A model generated the notes under the pieces. It was given only the letters and a program-made list of their open reading frames with translations. It was not told the origin of the DNA and searched no databases. From positions 1 through 26,592 of IMG/VR virus record IMGVR_UViG_3300032305_001201: a stretch of 26,592 nucleotides of DNA; one strand, given 5' to 3'. Each line of letters opens with the position of its first letter. The first letter of the stretch is position 1. Source of the stretch: a virus. Its lineage: Duplodnaviria; Caudoviricetes. The position numbers were made by a program, and so were the translations under genes. This document shows positions 1 through 9,075 of the stretch, in pieces.

Positions 1-2217
1 AGGCAGTGTGAGCGGAGCAGAGAATGACGTAGGGGTATACAGATAGGTTCCGCCGGGAGTATCGGCTGACGTATCCGGAAGCGTCTCGTCGCGAGTCATC
101 AGAGTCTTGAATGTGCCACTGGTGTCACGGATTACCCAGTCTGTAGCAGAGGAAGCGTTGTAAACTTCCAACGACTGATAGTCGTATGTTCTGGCAGTTG
201 GATCAGTGATCAGCGCATCTGCCGTGGTGTATGTTGCAGGAGCAAGTTGCACTGCGCCAAACAAGTCGATGCCATATGCGCCAGCAGGGGAATTGTTTGC
301 AGCGTTACCGCAGTTTTGAGTACTTGTCGCCGTATAGGATGCCGATCCACAATCCAGCGTCAGCATCGGATAATCAGGGTCGAACTGAACTGACACCGAA
401 ATGATGTTCTCGCCAACCGCTTCTTCTGCCGTCTGTCCTGCAAGTGCGTACAGAAATGGACCAGATACAACTGGTTGGTAAATCAGTTTCTCCGCAGGCT
501 GGTCCATCGTCAGTTCAATCCTGACATCCTTGACCATCACCTGTGCTACTTCCTGCGACAGCACCGGGCCAAACAACAGTTTGCTGACCACACGCTGATT
601 GGCGGCATCCTCCGCAGTCGGATCAAACACCGTTGCGGTCTTGTACCCAGTAGCAGCCTGACCATCGATACCAGATGTCAGGTCGCGATCAAACCACCCA
701 ATGAAACCGTTGGTGCTTCCAAACGCAAGGATGGGTGCGCGGGCATCTCCAAATGGGAAGTCGCCACAGCAGGTAGGTGCTTGGAACGAGGGCCACGCAG
801 TCTTGATGGGCCAGAATGAATTTGTCGCCTGATTGTAGACAATATGAACGCTGCTGTTCGGCAAGTCAATGCGCGACATCATGCAATAGACGTTCTGTCC
901 TTCGGCATCGTAGCCAAGGACACAATTCAACTGGTCGAACTTCTGCTGCTGAAAGTAAGTGTCAAGTCGAGCAGTAGTGATTCGATTGCTCTTGGTGATC
1001 TGATAGTCGTTTGGCTGAACGCGATACAAGCCATCCTGCGCCATCACATAGATGGTCTGCGAATCGCTTGCACACCATGCCCGCGCACTGACGATTCCAA
1101 CAGATCGAGACAACTCGATCATCCTCGCGTCAGCAACAACTGGATCTGCGTTGAGGTAAGTCATCGTATGACTACCAGCCATCAACAATCCACTTTCACC
1201 GACCGGAATCAACGCAGTAATCGGTTCACCCGGAACGCCGTACTTCGTTGACAATGATCCTGCGACAGCGGTATTCGATGTCGCTCCGGGAAGCCAATTA
1301 TTCGGATCGTTCAACTCACTCAAGAACCAGTTGTTCGATGACGATTCCAGTCCGCTCAATGCCAAGCGTCCACCGAATCGAACCAGCAGCCCAGCCCGTG
1401 CGCCTGATTCCGCTCCAACAGAACCAACATTGATGGCAGATGGCTTGACGGTCATCTCTGGACCGCTGGTAATGAAACTGACTCCAGTGGTACTTCCAGT
1501 GCCAACAGTCGTTGCGATATGAGGAGCAGCACCAGCCGGATCTCTCGTCAACGTAAATTCGTATGATGGAGAAGTGCTGATTGCGTGGACATAAAACATT
1601 TCCTGATTTACATATCCAGTGATATTTCCACCACCAGCACCAACAGGAAATGCTCCAGTAACTGCAATCGGATCACCAACAGCCAAATTAGCGGCAGTGC
1701 ATCGGAAAACACCATTAGTGTTATGGACAGTAACGCTCGACAGCGTTGTACCCCAGAATTCAACGGTGGGAGTTGCCAGCGTGATCTGCATCCTGCGATA
1801 CTTTTCGCCATCAGCAAAGTACGCATATTCACCGACAACTGCTACGGACACGTTGCCACTTGATTTCAACTTGGATGTCGATGCCGCATAGGAAGCCTTG
1901 TAAGGAGTCAGGGTTCCGGGATCAATGATGAATACTTCTCCCCCGGCAACGACAATGCACCGCTGAAGCAGAACGCCACTGACATACGCATCAGCGCGAA
2001 CGATTGTCTGGACTTCGCGAGTGATGACAGATGGGGTCGTATCGTTGAACTCAAACGCGCCGCACAACGCCCGCCGCTGACCAAGCCGCAACTTTCCCTT
2101 GTACGGGTCGAACGGCATGATGTTGATGCAGTCCGATGTGAAACCAGCAGGCAGCGAGGAATAACCGCTGTCGATGTTGATTCCGCCGTAAGGAAGAGCG
2201 ACTGGAACGTAGGGCAT
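1..2217 (-). CDS. Tail hub/DNA-stabilisation (P22 gp10 / tail tubular B-like) protein, runs off the left edge
   Basis: Not in the ORF track. ATG at 2217 overlaps the upstream TAA (TAATG) and the frame stays open to position 1 (739 codons): MPYVPVALPYGGINIDSG...YAYFADG...GRLALSG...NWFLSELNDPNNW...LSRSVGIVSARAW...IYVMAQDGLYRV. The beta-propeller-like pattern and position fit a podoviral hub (inference). Confidence 0.7.
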   Translation of the reverse strand, partial: MPYVPVALPYGGINIDSGYSSLPAGFTSDCINIMPFDPYKGKLRLGQRRALCGAFEFNDTTPSVITREVQTIVRADAYVSGVLLQRCIVVAGGEVFIIDPGTLTPYKASYAASTSKLKSSGNVSVAVVGEYAYFADGEKYRRMQITLATPTVEFWGTTLSSVTVHNTNGVFRCTAANLAVGDPIAVTGAFPVGAGGGNITGYVNQEMFYVHAISTSPSYEFTLTRDPAGAAPHIATTVGTGSTTGVSFITSGPEMTVKPSAINVGSVGAESGARAGLLVRFGGRLALSGLESSSNNWFLSELNDPNNWLPGATSNTAVAGSLSTKYGVPGEPITALIPVGESGLLMAGSHTMTYLNADPVVADARMIELSRSVGIVSARAWCASDSQTIYVMAQDGLYRVQPNDYQITKSNRITTARLDTYFQQQKFDQLNCVLGYDAEGQNVYCMMSRIDLPNSSVHIVYNQATNSFWPIKTAWPSFQAPTCCGDFPFGDARAPILAFGSTNGFIGWFDRDLTSGIDGQAATGYKTATVFDPTAEDAANQRVVSKLLFGPVLSQEVAQVMVKDVRIELTMDQPAEKLIYQPVVSGPFLYALAGQTAEEAVGENIISVSVQFDPDYPMLTLDCGSASYTATSTQNCGNAANNSPAGAYGIDLFGAVQLAPATYTTADALITDPTARTYDYQSLEVYNASSATDWVIRDTSGTFKTLMTRDETLPDTSADTPGGTYLYTPTSFSAPLTLP

Positions 2218-3515
2218 TAGGCAGTCCTAATACAGATCATGCTCACTTTACCTGTGGAACTAGCAGGAGCATTATTTGTTTGAATACAAGTCCATGTACC
2301 TTGGTTTGGACGAACGTAATAAGTTCCACCTCCCTTTGACCACGTTGTAGTTCCACCAAAACTTACATACGTTGGAGCAGTGTTATTACCACCACCCATT
2401 GGCCCCGTTGAAGACGATGATGTAACTCCTGTATATACACCTGCATCAGATCCAGTGGCAGTGGCATCAAAAGAGACAAACGCGATTTGGCCGACCTGAT
2501 TCAATGCACATATGAAGTCAGTTCCATTTGTATATGCAGCACTTCCAAGTCCAAGCGCAGTTTTCGCGGTTCCACCAGATCCAGTTGTAAGTTCAGTAAC
2601 TGCTCCAGCAGCGGTCGCGCCAAGAACTCCAGCAGCAGCCATGTTGCTGATCTTTGATGGAGCAAGCGTGTTGGTGGTAATTGCTGCGCCAGTAATGCTT
2701 CCGGCTGGGACCGACACGGTTCCGGACCCAGAAACCGTCAGAGCCTGACCAGTTGGGACAGTGAGTCCAGAACTGGCGGTAATCAACCCGCTCGACGTAG
2801 TGGTTCCCGTGATAACAACACCAGTACTGTTTGCGCGAAACCGTTCCGTTCCATTGACAGTCAAAGCCACAAATGCGTTGCTTTGCTGTGCAACTACGTT
2901 TCCGTTATTCGCACCAATTTTTATCGTTCCACTAGTGTTATCCGCGTCAATCAAGCAATACAAATTTGCATCTGCGCCATCAATATCTTCAAAACGAATT
3001 ACTGGGCTAGTTCCTTTGAGGTGAAGCAAATTCGACGGGCTTGCGGTGACACCAATGCCAACGCCACCACTGGTCACGCGCAGCCAATTTGTTCCACCGC
3101 CGATAGCACCAATGATAAATGGAGCGGCGGAAGTTGCGCTGGTGTTCTCTCCGCTTTGGATGTAATTCACACCTCCAGTGGAAATCAGACCAAGTGTTCC
3201 ACTCGATCCAGTGCTGGCCTGATTGCCCACATAGACCTTGCCAACAACACCCAATGCTTCTGCTGGAGCAGTAGTTCCAATGCCAACGCGGTTGTTGGAC
3301 TGGTCTACCGAAAGCGTGGTAGTGGCGAGGTTGCTATTCGTCCCGGTATAGAACGGAGCCTGATACTTGAGATTCTGCCACTGGGTCGCACCATCGCCAA
3401 TCTTCATGTTGCGCGTATCGGTGACATATCCGATCTCGCCTTCAAGCAAGACAACAGTCTGGTTCGCCGTCCAGTTAGTCAACGTATCGCGACGAATCTG
3501 CAACTTGATAGCCAT
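2217..3515 (-). CDS. Tail fibre / receptor-binding protein with Mtd_N (hyaluronidase N-terminal-like) domain
   Basis: N-terminus LQIRRDTLTNWTA...LLEGEIGYVTDTRNMKIGDGATQWQNLKY matches the Mtd_N pattern; RVGIGTTAP / GVGIGVTASP fibre motifs; G/T/S/A-rich. Confidence 0.8.
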   Translation of the reverse strand: MAIKLQIRRDTLTNWTANQTVVLLEGEIGYVTDTRNMKIGDGATQWQNLKYQAPFYTGTNSNLATTTLSVDQSNNRVGIGTTAPAEALGVVGKVYVGNQASTGSSGTLGLISTGGVNYIQSGENTSATSAAPFIIGAIGGGTNWLRVTSGGVGIGVTASPSNLLHLKGTSPVIRFEDIDGADANLYCLIDADNTSGTIKIGANNGNVVAQQSNAFVALTVNGTERFRANSTGVVITGTTTSSGLITASSGLTVPTGQALTVSGSGTVSVPAGSITGAAITTNTLAPSKISNMAAAGVLGATAAGAVTELTTGSGGTAKTALGLGSAAYTNGTDFICALNQVGQIAFVSFDATATGSDAGVYTGVTSSSSTGPMGGGNNTAPTYVSFGGTTTWSKGGGTYYVRPNQGTWTCIQTNNAPASSTGKVSMICIRTA

Positions 3516-3742
3516 TACCGCTGCTCCTCTACGAACGAAGGTGGTACGCAGTACCAGCCTTCGGGAATCCGAACCTCGTTGTCACCCAGTTTCCACCCAT
3601 CGTCCTGTTTCACATACACCTTCCCATGCACATCAGGTCCGGTCCTGATCGGGCTGGACTCGCTTACCAGCACCGTCCTTGTGCAGCCAGTCGTGAATGC
3701 GAGAGCCAGCACGGCCAAGAAGACCGCGATCAGCAGGAGCAT
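3515..3742 (-). CDS. Lipoprotein, putative o-spanin
   Basis: Hydrophobic signal LLLIAVFLAVLALAFTTG followed by Cys (lipobox-like); overlaps 3633..3824 in another frame. The start (ATG 3742) was chosen by eye. Confidence 0.55.
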   Translation of the reverse strand: MLLLIAVFLAVLALAFTTGCTRTVLVSESSPIRTGPDVHGKVYVKQDDGWKLGDNEVRIPEGWYCVPPSFVEEQR

Positions 3743-3824
3743 CTGTACCTTGACCTCGTCCCGTAGCGACCCCTTGCAGCCACTGCAACAGGGACATGAT
3801 GACTGCTCTGACAAAGTCATACAT
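3633..3824 (-). CDS. Small protein, putative i-spanin-like partner
   Basis: TGATG coupling to the upstream gene; weakly hydrophobic N-terminus; overlaps the lipoprotein gene as Rz/Rz1 pairs do. Confidence 0.4.
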   Translation of the reverse strand: MYDFVRAVIMSLLQWLQGVATGRGQGTDAPADRGLLGRAGSRIHDWLHKDGAGKRVQPDQDRT

Positions 3825-4021
3825 CAGTCCGCCTTCTTGTTGTCCTTGGCGAAGATCAGGCCCACGCCAGCCAGCACGGCGGCAGCAAGCGAACCCCAGT
3901 CAGGGACGGTCACGGGGTTGTTGTCAGTCAGGGCGGTCAGGCATGCGCCAACGGCCACCAGAATGGCGGCAATGCCAGCAACAGTGGTCTTCCAAGACGA
4001 ATTCTTCAGCAGATCGCTCAT
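3824..4021 (-). CDS. Putative holin (two TM helices)
   Basis: 65 aa; SWKTTVAGIAAILVAVG and LAAAVLAGVGLIFAKD hydrophobic segments; charged C-tail; AAAGGAAAG upstream. Confidence 0.6.
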   Translation of the reverse strand: MSDLLKNSSWKTTVAGIAAILVAVGACLTALTDNNPVTVPDWGSLAAAVLAGVGLIFAKDNKKAD

Positions 4022-4236
4022 CGTTCTTTCCTTTCAAGTTGCGCCTCAATCTTGTCGAGACGCCTGCTGATGCTGTCCTGATTGGTCACGACCTGCATCA
4101 GCAGGCGGTCGTGGTTGATGTACGCCGGGATCAGCATCCCAAGCAAGGTCAGTGCAATTGCCACGATGGCAATCCAGTTGGCAGTGGACAGGCTGACCTT
4201 GATATTCGTGTTTTCAATTGTCATCGGATCACTCAC
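4018..4236 (-). CDS. Single-TM membrane protein with C-terminal coiled coil (lysis-cluster protein)
   Basis: WIAIVAIALTLLGMLIPAYI TM segment then ISRRLDKIEAQLERKER; 4-nt overlaps with both neighbours. Confidence 0.6.
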   Translation of the reverse strand: MSDPMTIENTNIKVSLSTANWIAIVAIALTLLGMLIPAYINHDRLLMQVVTNQDSISRRLDKIEAQLERKER

Positions 4237-6938
4237 AGTTCAGACAGAATGGACGTAAGAAGCACATGGCTGACAGCCGTGTAGCCATCCGATGGACATC
4301 TCTTCGTCAGCGTGTAGGTGACGTTTGCACCATTTGCTGGTTGATTTCCGGTCCACTGTGCGACAGTTGCGATCTTCGTACCACCTGCATAAGCAGTGAT
4401 CCAAGTGTCCTGATATGTAGATGGACCAGTGGATGTAAACGTCAATCCTGCGCCAGTTCCAACAGTAGTCGTAATCGCGCTGCCATTGAATGTTGCAGAC
4501 AACTGGAACGTGGTCGTTCCATTAGTCGCCCTGATGTAATAGGTGGTCGGGCCGGGAGCGGTGTATCCAGTGATTCCTCCAGAACTGCTAGTTCCGGTGA
4601 CGATAATTTCCTGCCCAACAACGAGGTTTCCAGCCTGTGTAGTGCAAGTGAAATTGCCGCTTGTATCTGTTATGGCGGTGACTGCAACTTGAATTGTTTT
4701 GATTGCAAGTTTGCTTCCCACCCAATATCCATCGCCTGTAACTGCGGTTGTTCCAGTCAGCGTGATACCAGTGGACGAAGTACTTGTAGCCACAATTTGA
4801 GATGTCTCGTTCACATACCCACCAGATAGGTGAACTGTGATGTCGGATGCGACAACAGGGTTATTGAGGTAATTCTGATAGTAAGAAGCCGCTCCAGTTC
4901 CGTACAACATCGCGGCAAAGGGAATCGACTTCTTGATATCAACCACGCACATATCAGGATTGGAAACAACCATCTGGTTGGCTGCTGCACGGACAGCCAC
5001 CAAATCAGCACCATTATTGCTCGTATCTGCGCTGTTTTGCTGTACACCAACCATCGACACAATCGCCAAATCATTCAGGCTGTAACCGAGTTCTTGCCAG
5101 ACAGCCTTGTACTTTGACCATGTCGAAGTGTGAGCGGCAGTCCACGTTGACGTAGTGTCTGCGCCGTTGATTCCCGAATGCATGAACAGCATGACTCTGC
5201 CACTTCCAGTAGCAGCAATCTGACGCTCACGAATTTCTTGCAGCCAAACACGCAATGCCGAGTTTGGGGCTTCCGTAATTACACCGGAAATTTCGGTGCT
5301 GTTCTCCCCGGACTGATAGGCATGATTGTGAACTGCAAATCCCTTTTGCACTCGATACAGTGACTGGCATAGCAACACACCCGGTCCTTGAGAAAATTGA
5401 GTACCATTGGTGTCATATCCAATTGCCGATGCACTATGCCCCTTGCCGTTTGCGGTGAATGTAGTTTCATGCACAAACGAGGTGGGTGCAGTTTCTCCCG
5501 CTCCAAGTTGCATTGACACTGCATTGGCCGTTCCAATGCCACCGTTCACCAATCTCGTAAGTGAATTCACTGAACCAGCGGAAAAGACATTAGGGATGAA
5601 GCGGCCATTGGCTGCATTGACCTTACCGTATCTCACTCGCAGTTTCTGTTCCACTCCATTTGCAGCGAGAGGATGGTTCAGGTCAACTTCGATGCCGTAA
5701 GTTTGACGCAAGGAAGTTGCCGTAGCGGGCAGGAACAGCCAATCGTCGTAATCCGCCCCCGTATTTACGGTCAGTCCGCTGGTGGTTCCAGCAGTAGTTA
5801 CAACTGGAACTCCACCACGGGTGTTGGACAACTGAAATGTTGTCGTTCCATTGGTTGCAATGATGTAATAGAACTGCGGACTTCCAGAACCCGGATTCGT
5901 GTATCCAGTGATGGTGGCTCCACTCAAGGTTCCGTAAATAGTGAGTGCTTGACCAACCTGAAATTGAGCAGCCACCGTAGTACTGAATTCACCAGCAGTG
6001 CCAGTAATGGAGATGGTTCCAGAGACTGGTTTATATTCAGTTGACGAACCGTAACTGCACTTTGGAGTGTTGAAATTCCAAACGCTATATGGCGTTGCAA
6101 GTGCATCTGGCGTAAACACCGAAGCAGTCAGGCCAGACACATAGTTGGAACTCTTTGCAATCGTCATTGACTTTGAATTCCATGTCCCATAGAACCGTGA
6201 ATCAGTATCTCGACTGCGATCAATAAATGGAGCCAGATTCGTTCCATAGCAGGGAATTCCAAGGGCAGACAAGGCTTGAGCAATTCCCGCGCTGTAACCC
6301 CAAGAACCAGCCAGAGCAGATCCGGTGTTGCTATCTCCAATCACAATCACATCGAGCGAATCAGTTCCGGCCTGCGCATCGCGAAGGAACGATGCAGCCT
6401 TCGTCGATCCATAGACGAGCGGACCATTTCCGGACACACCACTCTTGGTGAGCATTCCGAACGAACCATCGAAGATCACTTCGACGCTAGTAAGATTGGA
6501 TCCGGAAGTCAGCACGGTTCCAAGACCAATCTGTACGCCGGAATTCGCTACCGTTGCCGCAATCGGAACTGCGGGGATGCCAACTGTTTCTCCGGCGGTG
6601 TAGGTCGATTGCGCACACTTGACGGTGGCAATGCCGACCACACGAACCTTTCCAGTCTTGCCAACACTGATGCGATCAAGGGCGACCCCGTAGATGCCGA
6701 ATGCAGTGGCAATAGATGCCGCTGCGTCACGCACGACATTGGCGAACTTTGAATTCGATGCGGATCCATTTGCTGCCGACCCCTGTCCGGGAATCGACGA
6801 TGCCTGCGTCATATCAAAGCGGACGAGATCACCGATTTCGATGGCATCGACGGACCCCGCGTTTCTCACAGGGATATCGACGGTTGCGGGCTGGACTCCG
6901 AGAGTCCCCTGATTAGATGCAGAAACAATGTATGACAT
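4233..6938 (-). CDS. Virion protein: capsid-decoration-like N-domain fused to an SGNH/GDSL hydrolase-like domain with inserted beta modules
   Basis: First ~160 aa are paralogous to 6962..7447 and 9859..10353. VIVIGDSNT (block I), MHSGING (block III), DITVHL...DGYTAVS (block V); two copies of a YYIxATNGTTTFQLS module. Confidence 0.7.
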   Translation of the reverse strand: MSYIVSASNQGTLGVQPATVDIPVRNAGSVDAIEIGDLVRFDMTQASSIPGQGSAANGSASNSKFANVVRDAAASIATAFGIYGVALDRISVGKTGKVRVVGIATVKCAQSTYTAGETVGIPAVPIAATVANSGVQIGLGTVLTSGSNLTSVEVIFDGSFGMLTKSGVSGNGPLVYGSTKAASFLRDAQAGTDSLDVIVIGDSNTGSALAGSWGYSAGIAQALSALGIPCYGTNLAPFIDRSRDTDSRFYGTWNSKSMTIAKSSNYVSGLTASVFTPDALATPYSVWNFNTPKCSYGSSTEYKPVSGTISITGTAGEFSTTVAAQFQVGQALTIYGTLSGATITGYTNPGSGSPQFYYIIATNGTTTFQLSNTRGGVPVVTTAGTTSGLTVNTGADYDDWLFLPATATSLRQTYGIEVDLNHPLAANGVEQKLRVRYGKVNAANGRFIPNVFSAGSVNSLTRLVNGGIGTANAVSMQLGAGETAPTSFVHETTFTANGKGHSASAIGYDTNGTQFSQGPGVLLCQSLYRVQKGFAVHNHAYQSGENSTEISGVITEAPNSALRVWLQEIRERQIAATGSGRVMLFMHSGINGADTTSTWTAAHTSTWSKYKAVWQELGYSLNDLAIVSMVGVQQNSADTSNNGADLVAVRAAANQMVVSNPDMCVVDIKKSIPFAAMLYGTGAASYYQNYLNNPVVASDITVHLSGGYVNETSQIVATSTSSTGITLTGTTAVTGDGYWVGSKLAIKTIQVAVTAITDTSGNFTCTTQAGNLVVGQEIIVTGTSSSGGITGYTAPGPTTYYIRATNGTTTFQLSATFNGSAITTTVGTGAGLTFTSTGPSTYQDTWITAYAGGTKIATVAQWTGNQPANGANVTYTLTKRCPSDGYTAVSHVLLTSILSEL

Positions 6939-6961
6939 TCTGGTTCTTTCTTTCGATTGGT

Positions 6962-7447
6962 TCAGGCAAGCGTCAAACTGCCGTCAAGCATGATTTGGAT
7001 GGATGTGACCGCGCTACCGCTACTGGACAACACCGTTCCAACCTTGGCAACCGGATTTGAATTTGTAACCGTTGCTGCATCGGAACTCGTTCCGACAATT
7101 TCTCCAGCAACATAGGTCAGCGAAGAGCATTTGACGTTGGTAACTCCAACGACCATGATGTAACCGATCTGACCAGCGCGGATGTCTTCTTGGGCGACAC
7201 CGTAAATGCCACCAGCATCCGTTCCAGTAAACGGACCAACCTTGACGTTTGCGAATTTGGAATTTGACGCAGCGGTCGGAAGCGCACTTCCATTGCCCGG
7301 AAAACTAGATGGCTGCGTCAGGTCAAATCGAACAAGATCGCCAGTAACAATCGTCGTAGCCGTTTCGACGTTTCGCGCCTTTACGATTACAGAGCGAGGC
7401 TGAAGACCAAGCGTTCCCTGCGAGAATGTTGAAACAATCAATGACAT
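6962..7447 (-). CDS. Capsid decoration/cement-like protein (DUF2190-like), paralogue 2
   Basis: QGTLGLQP...GDLVRFD...SNSKFANV...GIYGVAQEDIRAGQIGYIMVVGV; aligns by eye with 9859..10353. Confidence 0.65.
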   Translation of the reverse strand: MSLIVSTFSQGTLGLQPRSVIVKARNVETATTIVTGDLVRFDLTQPSSFPGNGSALPTAASNSKFANVKVGPFTGTDAGGIYGVAQEDIRAGQIGYIMVVGVTNVKCSSLTYVAGEIVGTSSDAATVTNSNPVAKVGTVLSSSGSAVTSIQIMLDGSLTLA

Positions 7448-7474
7448 GATCGTCTATCCCTGTTATTGTTGATT

Positions 7475-7681
7475 TCAGTCTTCTGTGGGTGGAGGAGCGA
7501 CAAACACATCATTGGTTCGGTCATAGGAATATCCCGGCCCGGGATAACAACCACGAATGCTTCCATCCAGTTTGCATTCAACCCATTCGCCACCGATGTT
7601 GTCTTGCACAAATTCAACAGTCGGTGTGACCAGCACTCGTACAACAACATCGTTGACAATTTCTGCTGCGTACTTGGTCAT
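7475..7681 (-). CDS. Small conserved phage protein accompanying Gly-rich virion proteins
   Basis: YAAEIVNDVVVRV...WVEC...YPGPGYSYD...FVAPPP pattern; ATGA overlap with the upstream gene. Confidence 0.65.
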   Translation of the reverse strand: MTKYAAEIVNDVVVRVLVTPTVEFVQDNIGGEWVECKLDGSIRGCYPGPGYSYDRTNDVFVAPPPTED

Positions 7682-8556
7682 GCCGTAAATGTCCCCGTGC
7701 TATTGAAGGTGTGATATGTGTATGTCCCATCGTTGGTGACTGTGCCGCCGCTTCCACGGGTGGTGGTTCCCAAATATCGAATTATCACGATCCCGCTGCC
7801 GCCGTTTCCACCAGCACCACCACGACCGGAGCCGCCACCACCGCCACCACGATTCGTTGTTCCTGCAACTCCGGTAGAAGCAGTAACTTGACCGCCGTTT
7901 CCACCGCCGCCAGTGCCGCCTGTTCCTTGACTTCCATCAACCCGTGTGCCACCACCACCACCGCCGCAACAGACCGTGCCAAAGAAGGAAATCCCATTAC
8001 CGCCATTGCCCAGATCAGTAGACCCGCCGCCATCTTGTCCAACACCAGTAGCACCACCGCCTCCACAACCATTCCACGGCGTAAGATTAGCGGTTGAATT
8101 CTTCCCGCCCGCGTTTCCCTGCCCCCCTATTGCCGAAATAGCGGAACTACTTGCGCCTTGTCCACCAGCACTACCGCCCGTTGTTGCACTTGCTGTACCT
8201 CCACCACCACCGCCACCACCATTTGCGGTATATCCAAAAGCGGTGGTATCAGAACCAACTGATCCAGCGGCTCCACCCGAACCGACAATAGCCGCGCCAG
8301 CACCGCCCGCACCAATGGTGATGGAATAGTCCGTAGTTGAAGCGACACTATGCGACGATACTGAAATCGCGCCGCCAGCACCGCCACCGCCAGCACCATA
8401 TAGCGCACTAGAAAATACTGATCCACCGCCACCACCACCAGCGGCTAGCCGAATGTCAATCTCATAAGTTGATACACCACTTACGCTCATGGTGCGCTGC
8501 CGACAACGCTCAACAGGTTCACTGCCGAGCAACCATGTCCGGTTTCGTGCATGCAT
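7678..8556 (-). CDS. Glycine-rich domain virion protein
   Basis: AAGGGGGG...GGGGAGG...GGNGGSGIVIIRY...YTYHTFNSTGTFT, typical of phage Gly-rich domains. Start moved to ATG 8556 (TAATG overlap). Confidence 0.75.
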   Translation of the reverse strand: MHARNRTWLLGSEPVERCRQRTMSVSGVSTYEIDIRLAAGGGGGGSVFSSALYGAGGGGAGGAISVSSHSVASTTDYSITIGAGGAGAAIVGSGGAAGSVGSDTTAFGYTANGGGGGGGGTASATTGGSAGGQGASSSAISAIGGQGNAGGKNSTANLTPWNGCGGGGATGVGQDGGGSTDLGNGGNGISFFGTVCCGGGGGGTRVDGSQGTGGTGGGGNGGQVTASTGVAGTTNRGGGGGGSGRGGAGGNGGSGIVIIRYLGTTTRGSGGTVTNDGTYTYHTFNSTGTFTA

Positions 8557-9065
8557 TAGATGTACCCGATTGCTGCGTTGCAAGTACCGGAGGATGCGGA
8601 CAACTGGATCTCAACCAGTTCACATCCAGTCACATCGACAACAACAAACCCGCCCGGGCAGGATGCTTCTTCCCCGTTGTAAATCTTCGCGTCACCAAGC
8701 GTCTTGACATAAGTCAGGCCCGGATAGAGCGTAGACGAATACGTTCCGCTTGCGGCGTTCGTCACCGTCAGTTTGGTGAGAAGAGTCGGAATCCACTGGG
8801 ACACACTGGTCGAAAACGACCAACCAATGATGTAGGCGGTCACTGCTCCACCAGACACCGAACCAAGCGTCTGGACTTTCAGGTAGTTCAGGGACGGGCT
8901 GACAATGAAAGTACCCTGACCAGATGCGTTTGCGGGCCTCGTCGAAGTTGCCACGCGCTTATTGACGCTCGTGTTTGCGGTGAAATTGGTCGAGGACGCA
9001 AGTTCCATCGGAGCAACGATGGTGCGCGTGGCAGTGATGGTGGGCGAAAGTCCGATCAGGCTCAT
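8556..9065 (-). CDS. Hypothetical virion-associated protein
   Basis: 169 aa, beta-rich and S/T-rich; GAGGA RBS; within the structural operon. Confidence 0.6.
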   Translation of the reverse strand: MSLIGLSPTITATRTIVAPMELASSTNFTANTSVNKRVATSTRPANASGQGTFIVSPSLNYLKVQTLGSVSGGAVTAYIIGWSFSTSVSQWIPTLLTKLTVTNAASGTYSSTLYPGLTYVKTLGDAKIYNGEEASCPGGFVVVDVTGCELVEIQLSASSGTCNAAIGYI

Positions 9066-9075
9066 GGTCGATTCC

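Noticed and set aside
2217-3515. Diversity-generating retroelement suggested by the Mtd_N domain
   Set aside because: No reverse transcriptase or template/variable repeat pair was seen; Mtd_N is common without DGRs.
475-4070. + strand ORFs including 2883..4070
   Set aside because: Antisense to the clear minus-strand hub, fibre and lysis genes.
7780-8445. CCACCG/CCGCCA microsatellite-like runs
   Set aside because: Explained by poly-Gly codons of the Gly-rich protein on the minus strand.
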